58,030 bases of DNA, taken from NCBI GenBank assembly GCA_038253515.1, contig JBBSHB010000003.1, positions 1 through 58,030 on the forward strand, in the 5' to 3' direction. The translations under genes were made by a program, and so were the position numbers. The stretch is from Gemmatimonadales bacterium. Lineage in GTDB: Bacteria; Gemmatimonadota; Gemmatimonadetes; Gemmatimonadales; GWC2-71-9. Shown here one piece after another: positions 26,755-36,843 of this stretch. Position 1 is the stretch's first letter. Every line of letters starts with the position of its first letter. Under the pieces are notes generated by a model, which was given only the letters and a program-made list of their open reading frames with translations, was not told the origin of the DNA and ran no database searches.

Positions 26755-28934
26755 CGTGGGACCACCACTCTGACCTGACGGCTCTGCACGCTATTGGAGA
26801 CCACCAGGTCGAGGTCGGTCCGGTCGGTGAAGACCTCCGCGGCACCCCCACGGGCCAGCGACAGAACCTCCCCCGTCGTCGCATCTCGGACCATCACCAT
26901 GGGGTGCCTGCTCGCGTCCCAGCGGAGGGCGACTCGGCCCGGGGCGCTCCGGCGCGCCTCGACGGGAACCGGCACCGACCGGATCTGGGGAGTCATCCGG
27001 TAGCTGCGCCGTATCGCCGCCGCCCGTCCACCACCCGCCAACCGCAGCGAAGCGATCTGTGCGGCGCGCTCGGACCGGAGCGGCACGGCGAAGGAAAACT
27101 GCCGGTCGCCGCGGGGATCATCCGCCACCAGCTCCGGCGTGAAGCTCAGGCTGAATATCCGCGATCCGGCGTCGTCCGTGCCCTCCACCGTGTACGGGCC
27201 GCCGTGCGCCGGTAGGCTCGGCCGGGTGACCACCTCAAAGGCGGGCTCGAGCACGGGCTGGCCATCCACGATCCGACCCCAGACCAGGAGGCAGCGTTGC
27301 ATTGCCTGGCTGAACGCGGAGGCCACCGACGGGCTCGCCGCGCGATAGTTGAGCACACCGAGGTAGGTGTAATCGCTGATCCACTGGTTGTTGCAGTATC
27401 CCATGACGTCGGTGGCGGTAGGCGGCTTGAGCGTGGAGGTGGTCAGGTCGAAGCCGTACACGCCGATGGCGGCATTGGCGTAGGGATAGTCGGGATCGAT
27501 CCCGCTCGGATTGCCGCAAGGAGCGTGGTTCCTTCCCCAATTGTGTCCCCACTCGTGCGCCGCAACGTCCGAGGCACTCGGCAGGTAGTCCCACCCCAGC
27601 GCCGCGCGTCCACCGACATAGCCGATCCCGGCGACTCCGCTGGTATAGCCGGGATGGAGCACGCCGTAGTAATTCCGGCTGCTGCCATCGGCTGTGCGCA
27701 GCGTCGACAGCTCACTCAGGATCGTGGTCCACGCGTTGTTGCTGTTGTTGGGGTCGACGGCCGCCGCAGACGTGGTGTACGTGCTCCGGACGTCGGCATC
27801 GTATGCGGCCAACGGATGGATCTTCATGGTGGTGACGAGGAACTGGTCCTTGTTGGCCGAGCTCACGTTGCCGACCGACCCATTGACGCTCTGCCGTACG
27901 GGAACCAGGCGCACACTGAAGGTGGCGGTGGTGCGCACGTCCATGGCGAGTGGGCTGCCCGACGCGGGGAACGCGTTGTCGGTCTCGTTCGACTCGGCGA
28001 CCGCATTGGTCGGGTCGACGTCGGCCAGGATCGAGAGGTTCGGCTGGATCAGCGTCCGGGAGACGGGGATGTTCCAGGAACTGTTCAGCGAGCCCTCGTT
28101 GGGCGACTGCGGCACCGACGCGCCGGGCGCATTGATGCTCACCGTGGAGGTCAGCACGCCGCTGCTGTAAAAGCGCACCCGGACGGTGGGGGCGGAGGCA
28201 TTGACCTGGCTGGCGGTGACGAACACCCGAAGATAGCCGTCGCGACCCTTCACCAGCGGCACGCTGCCGGAATACGTCTGCACGCTCTGCGTGAGGTAGA
28301 GTCCATCGATGCGCAGATTGAGACCGCTCGGTGCTCCCGTGCTGTAGGCCACACCGGCCGACGAGGTGGCGTTGGTGGCCACCGCGACAGTCTGGGTGGC
28401 GGGATTGCCGTTGTACTGGGCTCCCCCGGAGGAGACGCTCGCGGCGTCGACGACATAACTGCCCGGGGTGAGTCCGGTGAGCGTCCGACTGGCCGTCACG
28501 GTCTGGGAGAATCCGCTGGGCCCGGAGACGGTGATGGCGGCCGCGGTGCCGGGCGGCAGTCCCACCACCGTTACCGTCAGGGCGCCGTTCGCCGTCCCGT
28601 AGGTTACCGCGGCGGAGGACGGCGTATCGCTTCCGCTCACCGCGACCGACTGTGAAGCCGGAGTGGCCACGAAGGATGCATTCCCGCTGGTCACGTTGGA
28701 GGCGGCGACGGTATAGGTCCCCGGCGCCAGGGCAGTCAGCGTCTCGGAGGCACTGAGCGGGCGGTTGAACCCTTCCGGCCCGGTGACCACCAAGTCCGCG
28801 GACGTCCCTGCCGGGAGCCCGTTCACCTGCACGGCCAAGCTACCGGTCGAGGGACCGGCTGGGTCCCCGCCGCAGCCGAGGAGCACCGCGAGGAGAAGAG
28901 TGGCCGGTCGAATTGGGGTAAATCGGCCGCTCAT
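26751..28934 (-). CDS. Secreted metzincin-like zinc metalloprotease lipoprotein with N-terminal Ig-like repeats
   Basis: M15 of track ORF 26751..28976 gives a signal with lipobox LLGCGG. There are two LPAGT/LPPGT...PGTYTV/PGSYVV repeat modules, and AAHEWGHNWGRNH equals HExxHxxGxxH. Confidence 0.75.
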   Translation of the reverse strand: MSGRFTPIRPATLLLAVLLGCGGDPAGPSTGSLAVQVNGLPAGTSADLVVTGPEGFNRPLSASETLTALAPGTYTVAASNVTSGNASFVATPASQSVAVSGSDTPSSAAVTYGTANGALTVTVVGLPPGTAAAITVSGPSGFSQTVTASRTLTGLTPGSYVVDAASVSSGGAQYNGNPATQTVAVATNATSSAGVAYSTGAPSGLNLRIDGLYLTQSVQTYSGSVPLVKGRDGYLRVFVTASQVNASAPTVRVRFYSSGVLTSTVSINAPGASVPQSPNEGSLNSSWNIPVSRTLIQPNLSILADVDPTNAVAESNETDNAFPASGSPLAMDVRTTATFSVRLVPVRQSVNGSVGNVSSANKDQFLVTTMKIHPLAAYDADVRSTYTTSAAAVDPNNSNNAWTTILSELSTLRTADGSSRNYYGVLHPGYTSGVAGIGYVGGRAALGWDYLPSASDVAAHEWGHNWGRNHAPCGNPSGIDPDYPYANAAIGVYGFDLTTSTLKPPTATDVMGYCNNQWISDYTYLGVLNYRAASPSVASAFSQAMQRCLLVWGRIVDGQPVLEPAFEVVTRPSLPAHGGPYTVEGTDDAGSRIFSLSFTPELVADDPRGDRQFSFAVPLRSERAAQIASLRLAGGGRAAAIRRSYRMTPQIRSVPVPVEARRSAPGRVALRWDASRHPMVMVRDATTGEVLSLARGGAAEVFTDRTDLDLVVSNSVQSRQVRVVVPR

Positions 28935-28979
28935 GGGGCACCCGCAGGGAAAGGGTCTGATCGCCGCTCGGGACACGTA

Positions 28980-29333
28980 TCACATCTCGCGATCTGCATC
29001 GCCACGGGCGAACAGAGAGGCAGCGACCCAAGGGTCGAGTCGGTTGAACGGCGTACCGTGACCTGCCTGGTGCGGAGCGCCAGCCGGCCTCAGTTCCTCA
29101 CCGGCGACCTGGACCTGGCGCTGTCCGATCGATCCGCGCCACACGGCGGGGCCGGTGCCGAGCCGGATGCCCCAGATCCGCACCCCCACCAACCAGGCCG
29201 CGCCGGCATGTCCCAACTCGTGGAATAGCAGCGCGATCCACGAACCGGCCACTCCCATCAGCACGGCCTGGGCGAGATCCCACCAGCGCTCGGCTGGTGC
29301 CGCGAAGAGGTGAGACAAGATCGCAGAGGCCAT
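28980..29333 (-). pseudogene. M50 (site-2 protease)-like N-terminal fragment
   Basis: WIALLFHELGHAGAAWLVGVRIWGIRLGTGP matches the first TM plus HExxH of M50 peptidases. The rest of the 117-aa ORF is non-hydrophobic and lacks the second motif, and the other frames hit stops. Confidence 0.4.
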
Positions 29334-29470
29334 AGGACACTCTGAATGGAGATTTGCACCGGTGGCCGGAATTCCGGCTCGCGGCGGCCACTCGTGCCGG
29401 CCATTCCATGCTACCCAAACCGCTTCGACTACTTAAGTTATACGTAACCCACCGGCGAGGAGCCCGAGCG

Positions 29471-29815
29471 ATGGAGGAACTCCCACCGCAAACCTACTGC
29501 CAGCGCGCTTCGCTCGAGCTTGCGGACCTCATCCGGCACCAGCGTCGGCCCCGCGGGCGGCTCCGGCGCGACTCGGCCCTGCTGCACCGGTTCATCGCGG
29601 AGGTGTTGGGTACCGAGACCCCGGTGGCGGAGCTGCAGGAGGGTCCCTGGCAGGTGAGCACCAAGCCACTCAAGAAGCCCGGTCGTGGAGGCCTCGGTTT
29701 CATCCCCCAGGTCCAACGGGGTGACACCGTGATCATGGTCAATACGCCGCGAGAGGCAGAAGAGCTTGCCGCCTTTCTCAACCTGTGCGCGATGGAGGAG
29801 TTCAGTAGCCACTGA
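29471..29815 (+). CDS. Hypothetical protein (114 aa)
   Basis: The internal ATG of track ORF 29354..29815 is preceded by GAGGAG. No family is recognised. It is flanked by lower-GC DNA. Confidence 0.35.
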   Translation: MEELPPQTYCQRASLELADLIRHQRRPRGRLRRDSALLHRFIAEVLGTETPVAELQEGPWQVSTKPLKKPGRGGLGFIPQVQRGDTVIMVNTPREAEELAAFLNLCAMEEFSSH

Positions 29816-30016
29816 CGAACCCACCGAAAGCCCGCTTGACCTGACATCTGGTCATTCCTACGTTGGTGGCTTGCCTGGTCATCCTGATTCCCCGGAGCAG
29901 CGATGCGCCGGTGCGGATATCATAGATCGGCGCATCCCTGACCGCTGAACCAGCCCTACGTCACCGAGTGTCTTTTCCCGCAGCACCATTCCCTTCTCGT
30001 AGAAAGGGCGACAGCG

Positions 30017-30835
30017 ATGCATGGTCTGTGTGCGATGCGCCGAAGCGCGACCATTGCGATGATAGGGGCGAGTCTCGCAGTCGGTCTTACGGCCTGCAAC
30101 AACGACAACAACAACAACGGGGGGGTGGGCCCGTCCGGCAGTGCCAATCTGCCGACCCAGGCGCAGTTGCTCACGGCGCTTCAGGCGGCGCAGGACACGC
30201 TGGACCCGAACGGCGGCTTCAATCTCAACATGTGGGCCACGGTGGTGGACCGGAGCGGCATCGTGCGCGCGGTCGCGTTCACCGGCGCCAAGGAAGGAGA
30301 CCAGTGGCCCGGCTCGCGGGTCATCTCCGCGCAGAAGGCGAACACGGCGAACGCGTTCAGCCTGCCGGGGCTGGCGCTCTCGACCGCCAACCTCTACACC
30401 GCCACCCAGCCCGGCGGCACCCTCTTCGGGCTGCAGGAGAGCAACCCGGTCGACCCCGCGGTGGCGTACGGCGGCAACGCGGACGATTACGGGACCGCCA
30501 GCGACTTCATGGTGGGCAAGCGCATCGGCGGGATCAACGTCTTCGGCGGAGGCCTGGCGCTCTACGACGCCAGCGGCGAGCTCATCGGGGCGGTGGGCGT
30601 CAGCGGCGATACGTCCTGCGCCGACCACAACATCGCGTGGAAGCTCCGAGACGCGCTGGGTCTCGACTTCGTGCCTGGGGGTGTCAACCCGGTGAGCGGC
30701 GACGACAATATCGTCTACGACATCCAGCCCGACGGGACCAGCACCAGCGGGTGGGGCCATCCCGAATGCAGTGCGGCGGCGACCACCGTCGCGAACGGAC
30801 TTCCGGCCAACTTCCCCCTCGGCACTGCACCCTGA
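30017..30835 (+). CDS. GlcG/HbpS-like (DUF336) heme-binding-type lipoprotein
   Basis: Lipobox AVGLTAC is followed by an Asn-rich linker. GGGLALYDASGELIGAVGVSGDTSCADH is the DUF336 core motif. Confidence 0.7.
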   Translation: MHGLCAMRRSATIAMIGASLAVGLTACNNDNNNNGGVGPSGSANLPTQAQLLTALQAAQDTLDPNGGFNLNMWATVVDRSGIVRAVAFTGAKEGDQWPGSRVISAQKANTANAFSLPGLALSTANLYTATQPGGTLFGLQESNPVDPAVAYGGNADDYGTASDFMVGKRIGGINVFGGGLALYDASGELIGAVGVSGDTSCADHNIAWKLRDALGLDFVPGGVNPVSGDDNIVYDIQPDGTSTSGWGHPECSAAATTVANGLPANFPLGTAP

Positions 30836-30880
30836 GGAGAGCCGGCGCCCGAGTGATGGGCGCGGGAGCGAACCGACGGA

Positions 30881-30914
30881 ACAGAGAGGGCCGGCTCGCG
30901 CCGGCCCTCTCTGT
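30881..30914. terminator. Bidirectional stem-loop between convergent genes
   Basis: ACAGAGAGGGCCGGC-TCGC-GCCGGCCCTCTCTGT is a perfect 15-bp stem with a 4-nt loop, between the stops at 30835 (+) and 30936 (-). Confidence 0.7.
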
Positions 30915-30935
30915 ATCTGGAGTAGCGGCGGAAGA

Positions 30936-32045
30936 CTACCAGCTGACCGAATACTGGCCGCCCAGCGTGATCAGCATCTCGGAGGCCCGGAGATCGGAGG
31001 CGGGCTCTGCGTTCGGCCAGGCACTCCGATGGTTGGTCAGTCCGAGATTGAGCGCGAAGTTGTCGTACAGCGCGAGGGCCGCCGTGAGCCGCTCGACCGC
31101 GTCCCGCCGGCGGGAGACCACGGCCCCCGATCCGAAGCAGAAGGTCTTTTCCGCCGCCAGCGTGACCGGGCTCCGCACCGGCGTGAGGTTGCCGTTCACC
31201 GCGACCCGGGTGCTCACCACCTGGAGCGTCTCGGTCCCGTCGGTGTAGAGCCCGAGCTGGGAGCTGGCCGTGATGCCCTTGATCATGATGCTGGGACCCG
31301 CGCTGAACTGATAGACCGTCCGGTCGGTGAGCAGCGGGCTGCTGCGCTCCGGCAGCCACCCCGCGCGACTGATACCGGCATGAAACGCGATGCCGTACCC
31401 CAGCCCCTCGCCGCCGTGCTTGAGCACCCGGGAGAGATCGAGATGCCCTCCCCGGTCGTCGGGTCCGACGAAGCCCTGGAACTGCGCGCTCCACTTGCGC
31501 GTGGCCATGTCGGCCTGGAACGTCCAGACCGTATTGTTGAGCGCCTCTCTGAAGAGCACGCTCTCACGCTCGCCGGTAATGGAACGCCGGGCGAAGACCG
31601 TGCTCCACCCGGCCGCGAGCGCCACCCTCCGCCGGTTGGGCTCGAACAGCTGGACCGGAAACTCATGGTAGAACTCACGACACTGGCCGGCGCGGCAGGC
31701 CACGATGCGGGCCGGCTTCACCAGACGGTCGAGCAACCGGCCGTGCCAGCGAGCGGCCGGCTGAATCCGGGGGACGGAGTCACCGAAGCCGGAGGTCAGC
31801 GGCGCCTTGAGGGTCGGGCCGGTAGTCCAGTACCGGTCGATCCCGTTGGCCGATTCCAGCGCGATACTGTCCGAGCCGGGGCTCTCCACCGTGACGACGG
31901 CCTCGAACCCGTTGTGCAGCACGGCCGGTCGCATCCGAAGCCGCACCGGCTGGGGCCCGCCGGCGAGCTGGGTCGTGCTGATCGGTGCGGTGCAGCCGGC
32001 CAGAGTGATTCCCGCAACGGCGATGAGCGTCAGATGATGAGGCAC
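30936..32045 (-). CDS. Hypothetical lipoprotein / outer-membrane beta-barrel-like protein
   Basis: GTG start with lipobox ITLAGC. The C-terminus ...LGGQYSVSW ends in an aromatic residue as in many OMPs. No family is recognised. Confidence 0.5.
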   Translation of the reverse strand: MPHHLTLIAVAGITLAGCTAPISTTQLAGGPQPVRLRMRPAVLHNGFEAVVTVESPGSDSIALESANGIDRYWTTGPTLKAPLTSGFGDSVPRIQPAARWHGRLLDRLVKPARIVACRAGQCREFYHEFPVQLFEPNRRRVALAAGWSTVFARRSITGERESVLFREALNNTVWTFQADMATRKWSAQFQGFVGPDDRGGHLDLSRVLKHGGEGLGYGIAFHAGISRAGWLPERSSPLLTDRTVYQFSAGPSIMIKGITASSQLGLYTDGTETLQVVSTRVAVNGNLTPVRSPVTLAAEKTFCFGSGAVVSRRRDAVERLTAALALYDNFALNLGLTNHRSAWPNAEPASDLRASEMLITLGGQYSVSW

Positions 32046-32188
32046 GAGCGGATCTCGGAGATCGGCGATGGGTCGATGATCGCGACCCCAGTGTGGGCGC
32101 GGATGGAACCGCGGACGATTCTCTTGTCGTGGGAGTGGTGATGCAGTTTACCGCACGGGATCTCTTCTCGCCAGATGAGCGCTCGCAC

Positions 32189-33583
32189 TCAACCAGTTGC
32201 CAGCCGCGACGATCGCCGCTTCCAGAAGAGGTACACCGGCACCCCGAGCGCGAGCAAGCCGGTGCCGATGAGCGCATTGGTGGGGTTGGCGGCGACTGAA
32301 CTCGCGACCACATAGAGCGCCGCCGCGACGAAGAGTCCGGGGGTCCACGGGTATCCGGGCACCCGGAACGCGCCCGGCTCGGCGACCACTCGATCGGCTC
32401 GGTCGCGGGCCCGGTAGACGTACAGTCCCGCCACGGTGAGGCCGAAGAAGATCCAGTCGCCGAACGCCACGTAATCGACCAGCTGGCTGAAGCTCCCGGA
32501 GACGGTGAGAAGGATCGCCCAGGCCGCCTGCAGCAGCAGCGCCGCGGCGGGCGTCCGATGCACCGGGTGGAGCACCGCGAGTCGCGGCAGAAACGCGCCG
32601 TCCGCCGCCATTGCCTGGATCACCCGAGGGGTGACCAGGATGACCAGGTTGAGGAAACCAAAGGTGGACGCCGCGATCCCCGCGGCGATCAGTCTTCCTC
32701 CCGCGGGCCCCAGTACCGCCCGCATCGCGTCCGCCGCCGGGGCCGAGCTCCGGGCCAGGGCCGGCAGGCCCAGGACGCGCAGGTACACCACGTTCGCCAG
32801 CAGGTAGACCACGACGACGATGGTCACTCCTGCCACCAGGGCGCGCGGGAGGTTGCGCTCCGGCCGCACCATCTCCTCGGCGATGAAGTTGGTCTGCTGC
32901 CAGCCGCCGTAGGTGAAGAGAATAGGAACGAGAGCCGCCCCGACGCTCACGATCACCGCGGACCAGCCGACCGACGCCACCGGGATGGGAGCGGCAACCG
33001 CCGCCGGAGCAGGGCTCAGCACCAGCCCGGCCGCGATCAGTACGGCGAGCGCGCCGAGCTTGAGGACAGTAAAGATGTTCTGGGTGAGGGCGCCGGGCCG
33101 GACCCCCAGGTAGTTCACCGCCGACAGCAGGACGATCGCGCCGACGGCCACGGGGATGGTGAGCCGGTCGGACAGCCCGGTGAGCGCCAGCGCGTAGTTG
33201 GCGAAGGTCACCGCAACGGCCGCGATCGCGCCGGTGGCGATGACCAGAAGCAACCCCCACCCGTACAGGAATGCGGGGAGCGGCCCCCAGGTTTCCCGCA
33301 GATAGACGTACCCGCCGCCCGCCTTTGGGCAGCGCTGCCCCAGCTCACCGAAGCAGAAGGCCCCGATGAGCGCGATCACTCCCCCGATGACCCAGGCCGC
33401 GAGCGCCAGCGCCGGCGAGCCGACCCGCTCCGCCACCGCCGCGGGGGTGCGGAAGATGCCGCCGCCGATGATGCCACCGACGACGGCCATTGTGCCGGAG
33501 AAGAGCCCCAGCCGGCGCGAGTAGGAGACGCGAGACGCGGCCCCTACTGTCGGGGCTGTCAGGTCTCTGACGATTCGACCCAT
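32189..33583 (-). CDS. APC-superfamily amino acid permease
   Basis: [27 protein letters not shown] and [17 protein letters not shown] are classic APC N-terminal motifs, and the protein has about 12 hydrophobic segments. Confidence 0.9.
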   Translation of the reverse strand: MGRIVRDLTAPTVGAASRVSYSRRLGLFSGTMAVVGGIIGGGIFRTPAAVAERVGSPALALAAWVIGGVIALIGAFCFGELGQRCPKAGGGYVYLRETWGPLPAFLYGWGLLLVIATGAIAAVAVTFANYALALTGLSDRLTIPVAVGAIVLLSAVNYLGVRPGALTQNIFTVLKLGALAVLIAAGLVLSPAPAAVAAPIPVASVGWSAVIVSVGAALVPILFTYGGWQQTNFIAEEMVRPERNLPRALVAGVTIVVVVYLLANVVYLRVLGLPALARSSAPAADAMRAVLGPAGGRLIAAGIAASTFGFLNLVILVTPRVIQAMAADGAFLPRLAVLHPVHRTPAAALLLQAAWAILLTVSGSFSQLVDYVAFGDWIFFGLTVAGLYVYRARDRADRVVAEPGAFRVPGYPWTPGLFVAAALYVVASSVAANPTNALIGTGLLALGVPVYLFWKRRSSRLATG

Positions 33584-34143
33584 TTGCCCACCCGGGGCGC
33601 CTCATAGCTCGCGAATCGGGCCAGCAGCTCGTCGGGCGAGGCCGCGGTCACCAGCATGGCGCGATGCGCCGGGGAGACGAAGCCGGTCGCCACCAGGTGG
33701 TCAAGGAAGCCGATCAGCGGCGCGAAGAAGCCCTCAGCCTCGAGCAGCCCGCACGGCTTCCTGTGCAGGCCAAGCTGGGCCCAGGTCCACACCTCGAACA
33801 GCTCCTCCAGCGTCCCGATTCCTCCCGGCAGCGCCACGAAGCCGTCGGCCAGCTCCGCCATCAACGCCTTCCGCTCGTGCATCGACCCTACGATCCGGAG
33901 CTCGGTGAGCCCGCGATGGCCGATCTCGCGGTCGAGCAGGGCCTGCGGGATCACGCCGATGACCACGCCACCTGCTTCGAGCGCGGCATCCGCGAGGGTG
34001 CCCATCAATCCCACCCGACCGCCGCCGTAGACCAGCGCGATGCTCCGCCGGGCCAGCGTCTGCCCCAGCCCGGCGGCGAGCGAACGGTAGGCCGGAGCGT
34101 GACCCGGATTCGATCCGCAGAAGACGCAGAGACGCCGCATCAT
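33559..34143 (-). CDS. LOG-family (TIGR00730) nucleotide phosphoribohydrolase
   Basis: [16 protein letters not shown] and [12 protein letters not shown] are the LOG signatures. Confidence 0.9.
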   Translation of the reverse strand: MMRRLCVFCGSNPGHAPAYRSLAAGLGQTLARRSIALVYGGGRVGLMGTLADAALEAGGVVIGVIPQALLDREIGHRGLTELRIVGSMHERKALMAELADGFVALPGGIGTLEELFEVWTWAQLGLHRKPCGLLEAEGFFAPLIGFLDHLVATGFVSPAHRAMLVTAASPDELLARFASYEAPRVGKWVESSET

Positions 34144-34163
34144 GCCCCGACGCGCGGCGACGG

Positions 34164-34685
34164 GTGCCGGAGCGATTCATCCTTGTCCTTGCCAGTCAAG
34201 CGTTTGCCCAACGCCCGATCGACGGCACGTCGGTTGCCTTGACAAACGACGTGACGAGCCAACTGCTCCTCCGCCTGGTACCGGCTTCGATCCTTCTTGC
34301 CGTGATCGCCTGTGGCTTCGATCCGGCGGGAGACTCGCCGATGCAACCCCCGGCCGTCTACCGCGAGTGGTGGGCGAAGACGCAGGCGTGCTCCGGCCTG
34401 GTGGGCGACTTCGATCGGGTGCGCTGGCAGGTAGTCCCGGGACACAGCTTCTCCTGCGCGAGCGGCAAGTGTGCCGGGCATTGGGAGCCCGACCACGAGA
34501 TCTTCCTCGCCGGCGACTGGACTCAGAGCGAGATGGTGGTCCGTCACGAGATGCTGCACGATCTGCTCGACCGGGCCGGCCATCCCGCTCCGCCGTTCGG
34601 TATCGGCTGCCCGCTCACCTGGGCCACGTGGGGCGGCAGCGTCGTACGCCTTCCCACTGACTCCTCCTCCATCGACATCGACTGA
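34164..34685 (+). CDS. Hypothetical Cys-rich lipoprotein with HExxH motif
   Basis: A likely later start gives signal ...ILLAVIACG. It contains VRHEMLHDL plus six Cys. No family is recognised. Confidence 0.4.
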   Translation: MPERFILVLASQAFAQRPIDGTSVALTNDVTSQLLLRLVPASILLAVIACGFDPAGDSPMQPPAVYREWWAKTQACSGLVGDFDRVRWQVVPGHSFSCASGKCAGHWEPDHEIFLAGDWTQSEMVVRHEMLHDLLDRAGHPAPPFGIGCPLTWATWGGSVVRLPTDSSSIDID

Positions 34686-34708
34686 GGGCATCGGGCTCGC
34701 TGTGCGGC

Positions 34709-35428
34709 TCAAACCGCTCGCACCAGGCCGCCGTCCACCAGCAGACTCTGCCCGGCGATGTAGCTCGCATCTGACGAGAGGAGAAAGGCGGCGGCGCGCG
34801 CCACCTCGTCCGCAGTGCCGGGGCGCCCCGCCGGAATCGTGGCCAGCACCTCCGGCGCGACCGGGTAGGTGTCGATCCAGCCTGGTAGGATGTTGTTCAT
34901 CCGCAATCCCCGAGATCCGTACCGCTGGCTGTAGAGTTTGGCAAAGTTGCCCAGTCCGGCGCGCAGGGTGGACGAGACCGGATTGCCAAGTCCCGGCTCG
35001 GCGGCGGCGAAGCTGGAGATGTTGACCATGGCTCCGCCTCCCTGCGTGAGCATCAGCGGAGTCACCAGCCGCGCCATCCGCACGACCCCCAGCAGCAGCA
35101 GGTCGAGCCCGGCGTGCCACTCCTCGTCGCTCAGGCTCAGCAGGTCGCCCTTGGCCGCGTGTCCGGTGTTGTTCACCACCGCGTCTACCCGGCCGAACCG
35201 CGCGCGTGCCGCCTCGACCACGCGTTCGAGCGCACCCAGGTCGGTGACCGACCCGCGGACCGCGACCCCGCCCAGCTCGGCCGCCAGCACCTCCACCTCC
35301 GCCGATCGCGCCAACAGCGCGAGGCGGTAGCCCCGCCGGGCCATCTCGCGCGCGCAGGCGGCGCCCATGCCGCGGCTCGCCGCGGTCACGATAGCCACCG
35401 CCTCCCCCGCCGGTGCCGAGCGTGTCAT
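34709..35428 (-). CDS. SDR-family oxidoreductase
   Basis: VTAASRGMGAA (TGxxxGxG variant), NNTG and the Rossmann-fold length (239 aa) fit the family. Confidence 0.9.
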   Translation of the reverse strand: MTRSAPAGEAVAIVTAASRGMGAACAREMARRGYRLALLARSAEVEVLAAELGGVAVRGSVTDLGALERVVEAARARFGRVDAVVNNTGHAAKGDLLSLSDEEWHAGLDLLLLGVVRMARLVTPLMLTQGGGAMVNISSFAAAEPGLGNPVSSTLRAGLGNFAKLYSQRYGSRGLRMNNILPGWIDTYPVAPEVLATIPAGRPGTADEVARAAAFLLSSDASYIAGQSLLVDGGLVRAV

Positions 35429-36291
35429 GGCTGCCTGCTCGGCGAGCTCTCGGCAGGACGCGCCAGCAACTTCGCCTCGACCTCCGCCAGGTAATCAATC
35501 GCGGCGACCTCCGCCGCGCTGCGACGGATGAGGGCCGGAGCGGAGCCCTCCGCCAGGTGCTCCCGATAGAGGGAGATGGCCGCGCGCAGGGCCCGACCAC
35601 AATCCGTCGGATCGTACGTGGCCACCACCTCCCGCAGTCTGCTGGCGGCGTCGGGAGCCGCCGACTCCAGGCGGCGCACGCCGGTCGGGCGTGCCCCCGC
35701 AGCCTCGAGGGCCAGCGGGCCGAGCACGCGGGCCCGCAGGAAGGCGAGCATGTCGAGCACCTCGAACAATTCTCCCCGGCCGAGCTTCGCCGCTCCATAG
35801 TGGATCCAGACCCAGAAACGATCCTCCAGCCACTGCCGGTCAGGGGCCGGAAACACGGCCTGACCACGGGCCAGTGCCGCGGTGACGCTGCCGTCGCGCT
35901 CCCAAAGGATCACCGGATCCTCGACCCGGGGGAGCAGCTCGTCCGGGCGGCTGAACTTGAGATCGACGTGGAGGACCGGAGGACCGTAGAGGCAGATCAG
36001 CAGCCGCGGCTCGCCGACGTGCTCGCCGGTGAAGCCCGCGAGCAGCGGGCCCAGCTCCTCAGCGAGCGCACGTCGACCGGCGAGATCGGGTGGCGAGGCG
36101 GTGGGATCGAGCAGCACCAGGAGGTCCAGATCGGAGTAGTCGTCCAGCCCACCACCCACGAAGGACCCGCCTGCCGCCAGACCCACGAGGGAGGGCATCC
36201 GCCGGCAACGATCCACCGCCGCAAGCAGGAAGTCGCGCTGGGGCGCGGGCAGAGCGGGCCAGCGCTCGGGCGAGAGAAGGGACTCGGACAA
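35425..36291 (-). CDS. Nucleotidyltransferase-domain protein (ANT-like)
   Basis: GGSFVGGGLDDYSDLDLLVLLD is the GS...D-x-D minimal NTase motif. 288 aa, with a 4-nt overlap with the SDR start. Confidence 0.6.
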   Translation of the reverse strand: MSESLLSPERWPALPAPQRDFLLAAVDRCRRMPSLVGLAAGGSFVGGGLDDYSDLDLLVLLDPTASPPDLAGRRALAEELGPLLAGFTGEHVGEPRLLICLYGPPVLHVDLKFSRPDELLPRVEDPVILWERDGSVTAALARGQAVFPAPDRQWLEDRFWVWIHYGAAKLGRGELFEVLDMLAFLRARVLGPLALEAAGARPTGVRRLESAAPDAASRLREVVATYDPTDCGRALRAAISLYREHLAEGSAPALIRRSAAEVAAIDYLAEVEAKLLARPAESSPSRQP

Positions 36292-36296
36292 GAGGC

Positions 36297-36770
36297 TCAG
36301 GCGATCGCGCCGGCCTTGCCGAGGAGACGCCGTGAGAGGCCCGCCTGTCCCACGTGGTAGGACTCATGGAAGCCGAGGAAGCCGAGCTGTTCGGCCACCG
36401 TCATGGTCTCGCTCGCCCGCTCGGCCAGCCGCTCGGGGCTTATACGCCCCAGGTTCTCCAGCACCTGCGCCTGCGAGCGCTCTCGCGCGGCTCGAAGCGC
36501 GTCGAGGGTGGGGATGTCGGCCAGCAGGTCGCCCCGCGATCCCCGGCGATAGGGCTCGCCGCTCCCCAAGGACGCCGGCCAGGCCGGCTCGAGGCCGAGC
36601 AGCGCGTGCACCCGGTTGCGACTGAGCAGGATGTGGCCGACCAACCAATTCACGCAGTTGCCGCCGGGAGCGGGAGCGACGAGGGCCTCAGGATCGGTGA
36701 GGCCCTCGAGGTTGCGCTCGAGCGTGAGGTGCGCGAAACGATAGACCGTCATCAGGGCGGCAGCGTCCAT
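36297..36770 (-). CDS. DinB-family protein
   Basis: NCVNWLVGHIL...FHESYHVGQ shows the His triad spacing typical of DinB_2. Confidence 0.8.
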   Translation of the reverse strand: MDAAALMTVYRFAHLTLERNLEGLTDPEALVAPAPGGNCVNWLVGHILLSRNRVHALLGLEPAWPASLGSGEPYRRGSRGDLLADIPTLDALRAARERSQAQVLENLGRISPERLAERASETMTVAEQLGFLGFHESYHVGQAGLSRRLLGKAGAIA

Positions 36771-36843
36771 GATTCCTCCGGTGAGCGCGGTAAGCTATCA
36801 CCCGTCGATATACTTGGCGAGCGCTCGGAAGGAGCGTGGGGAA

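Noticed and set aside
30098-30118. AAC/GAC trinucleotide run (aacaacgacaacaacaacaac)
   Set aside because: It lies in frame in the GlcG-like lipoprotein gene, where it encodes the NNDNNNN linker right after the lipobox Cys. It is a coding low-complexity linker, not a regulatory repeat.
34140-35867. 575-aa minus-strand ORF
   Set aside because: It overlaps the SDR and nucleotidyltransferase genes out of frame and the plus-strand lipoprotein gene. It has Arg/Gly/Pro-rich shadow-frame composition.
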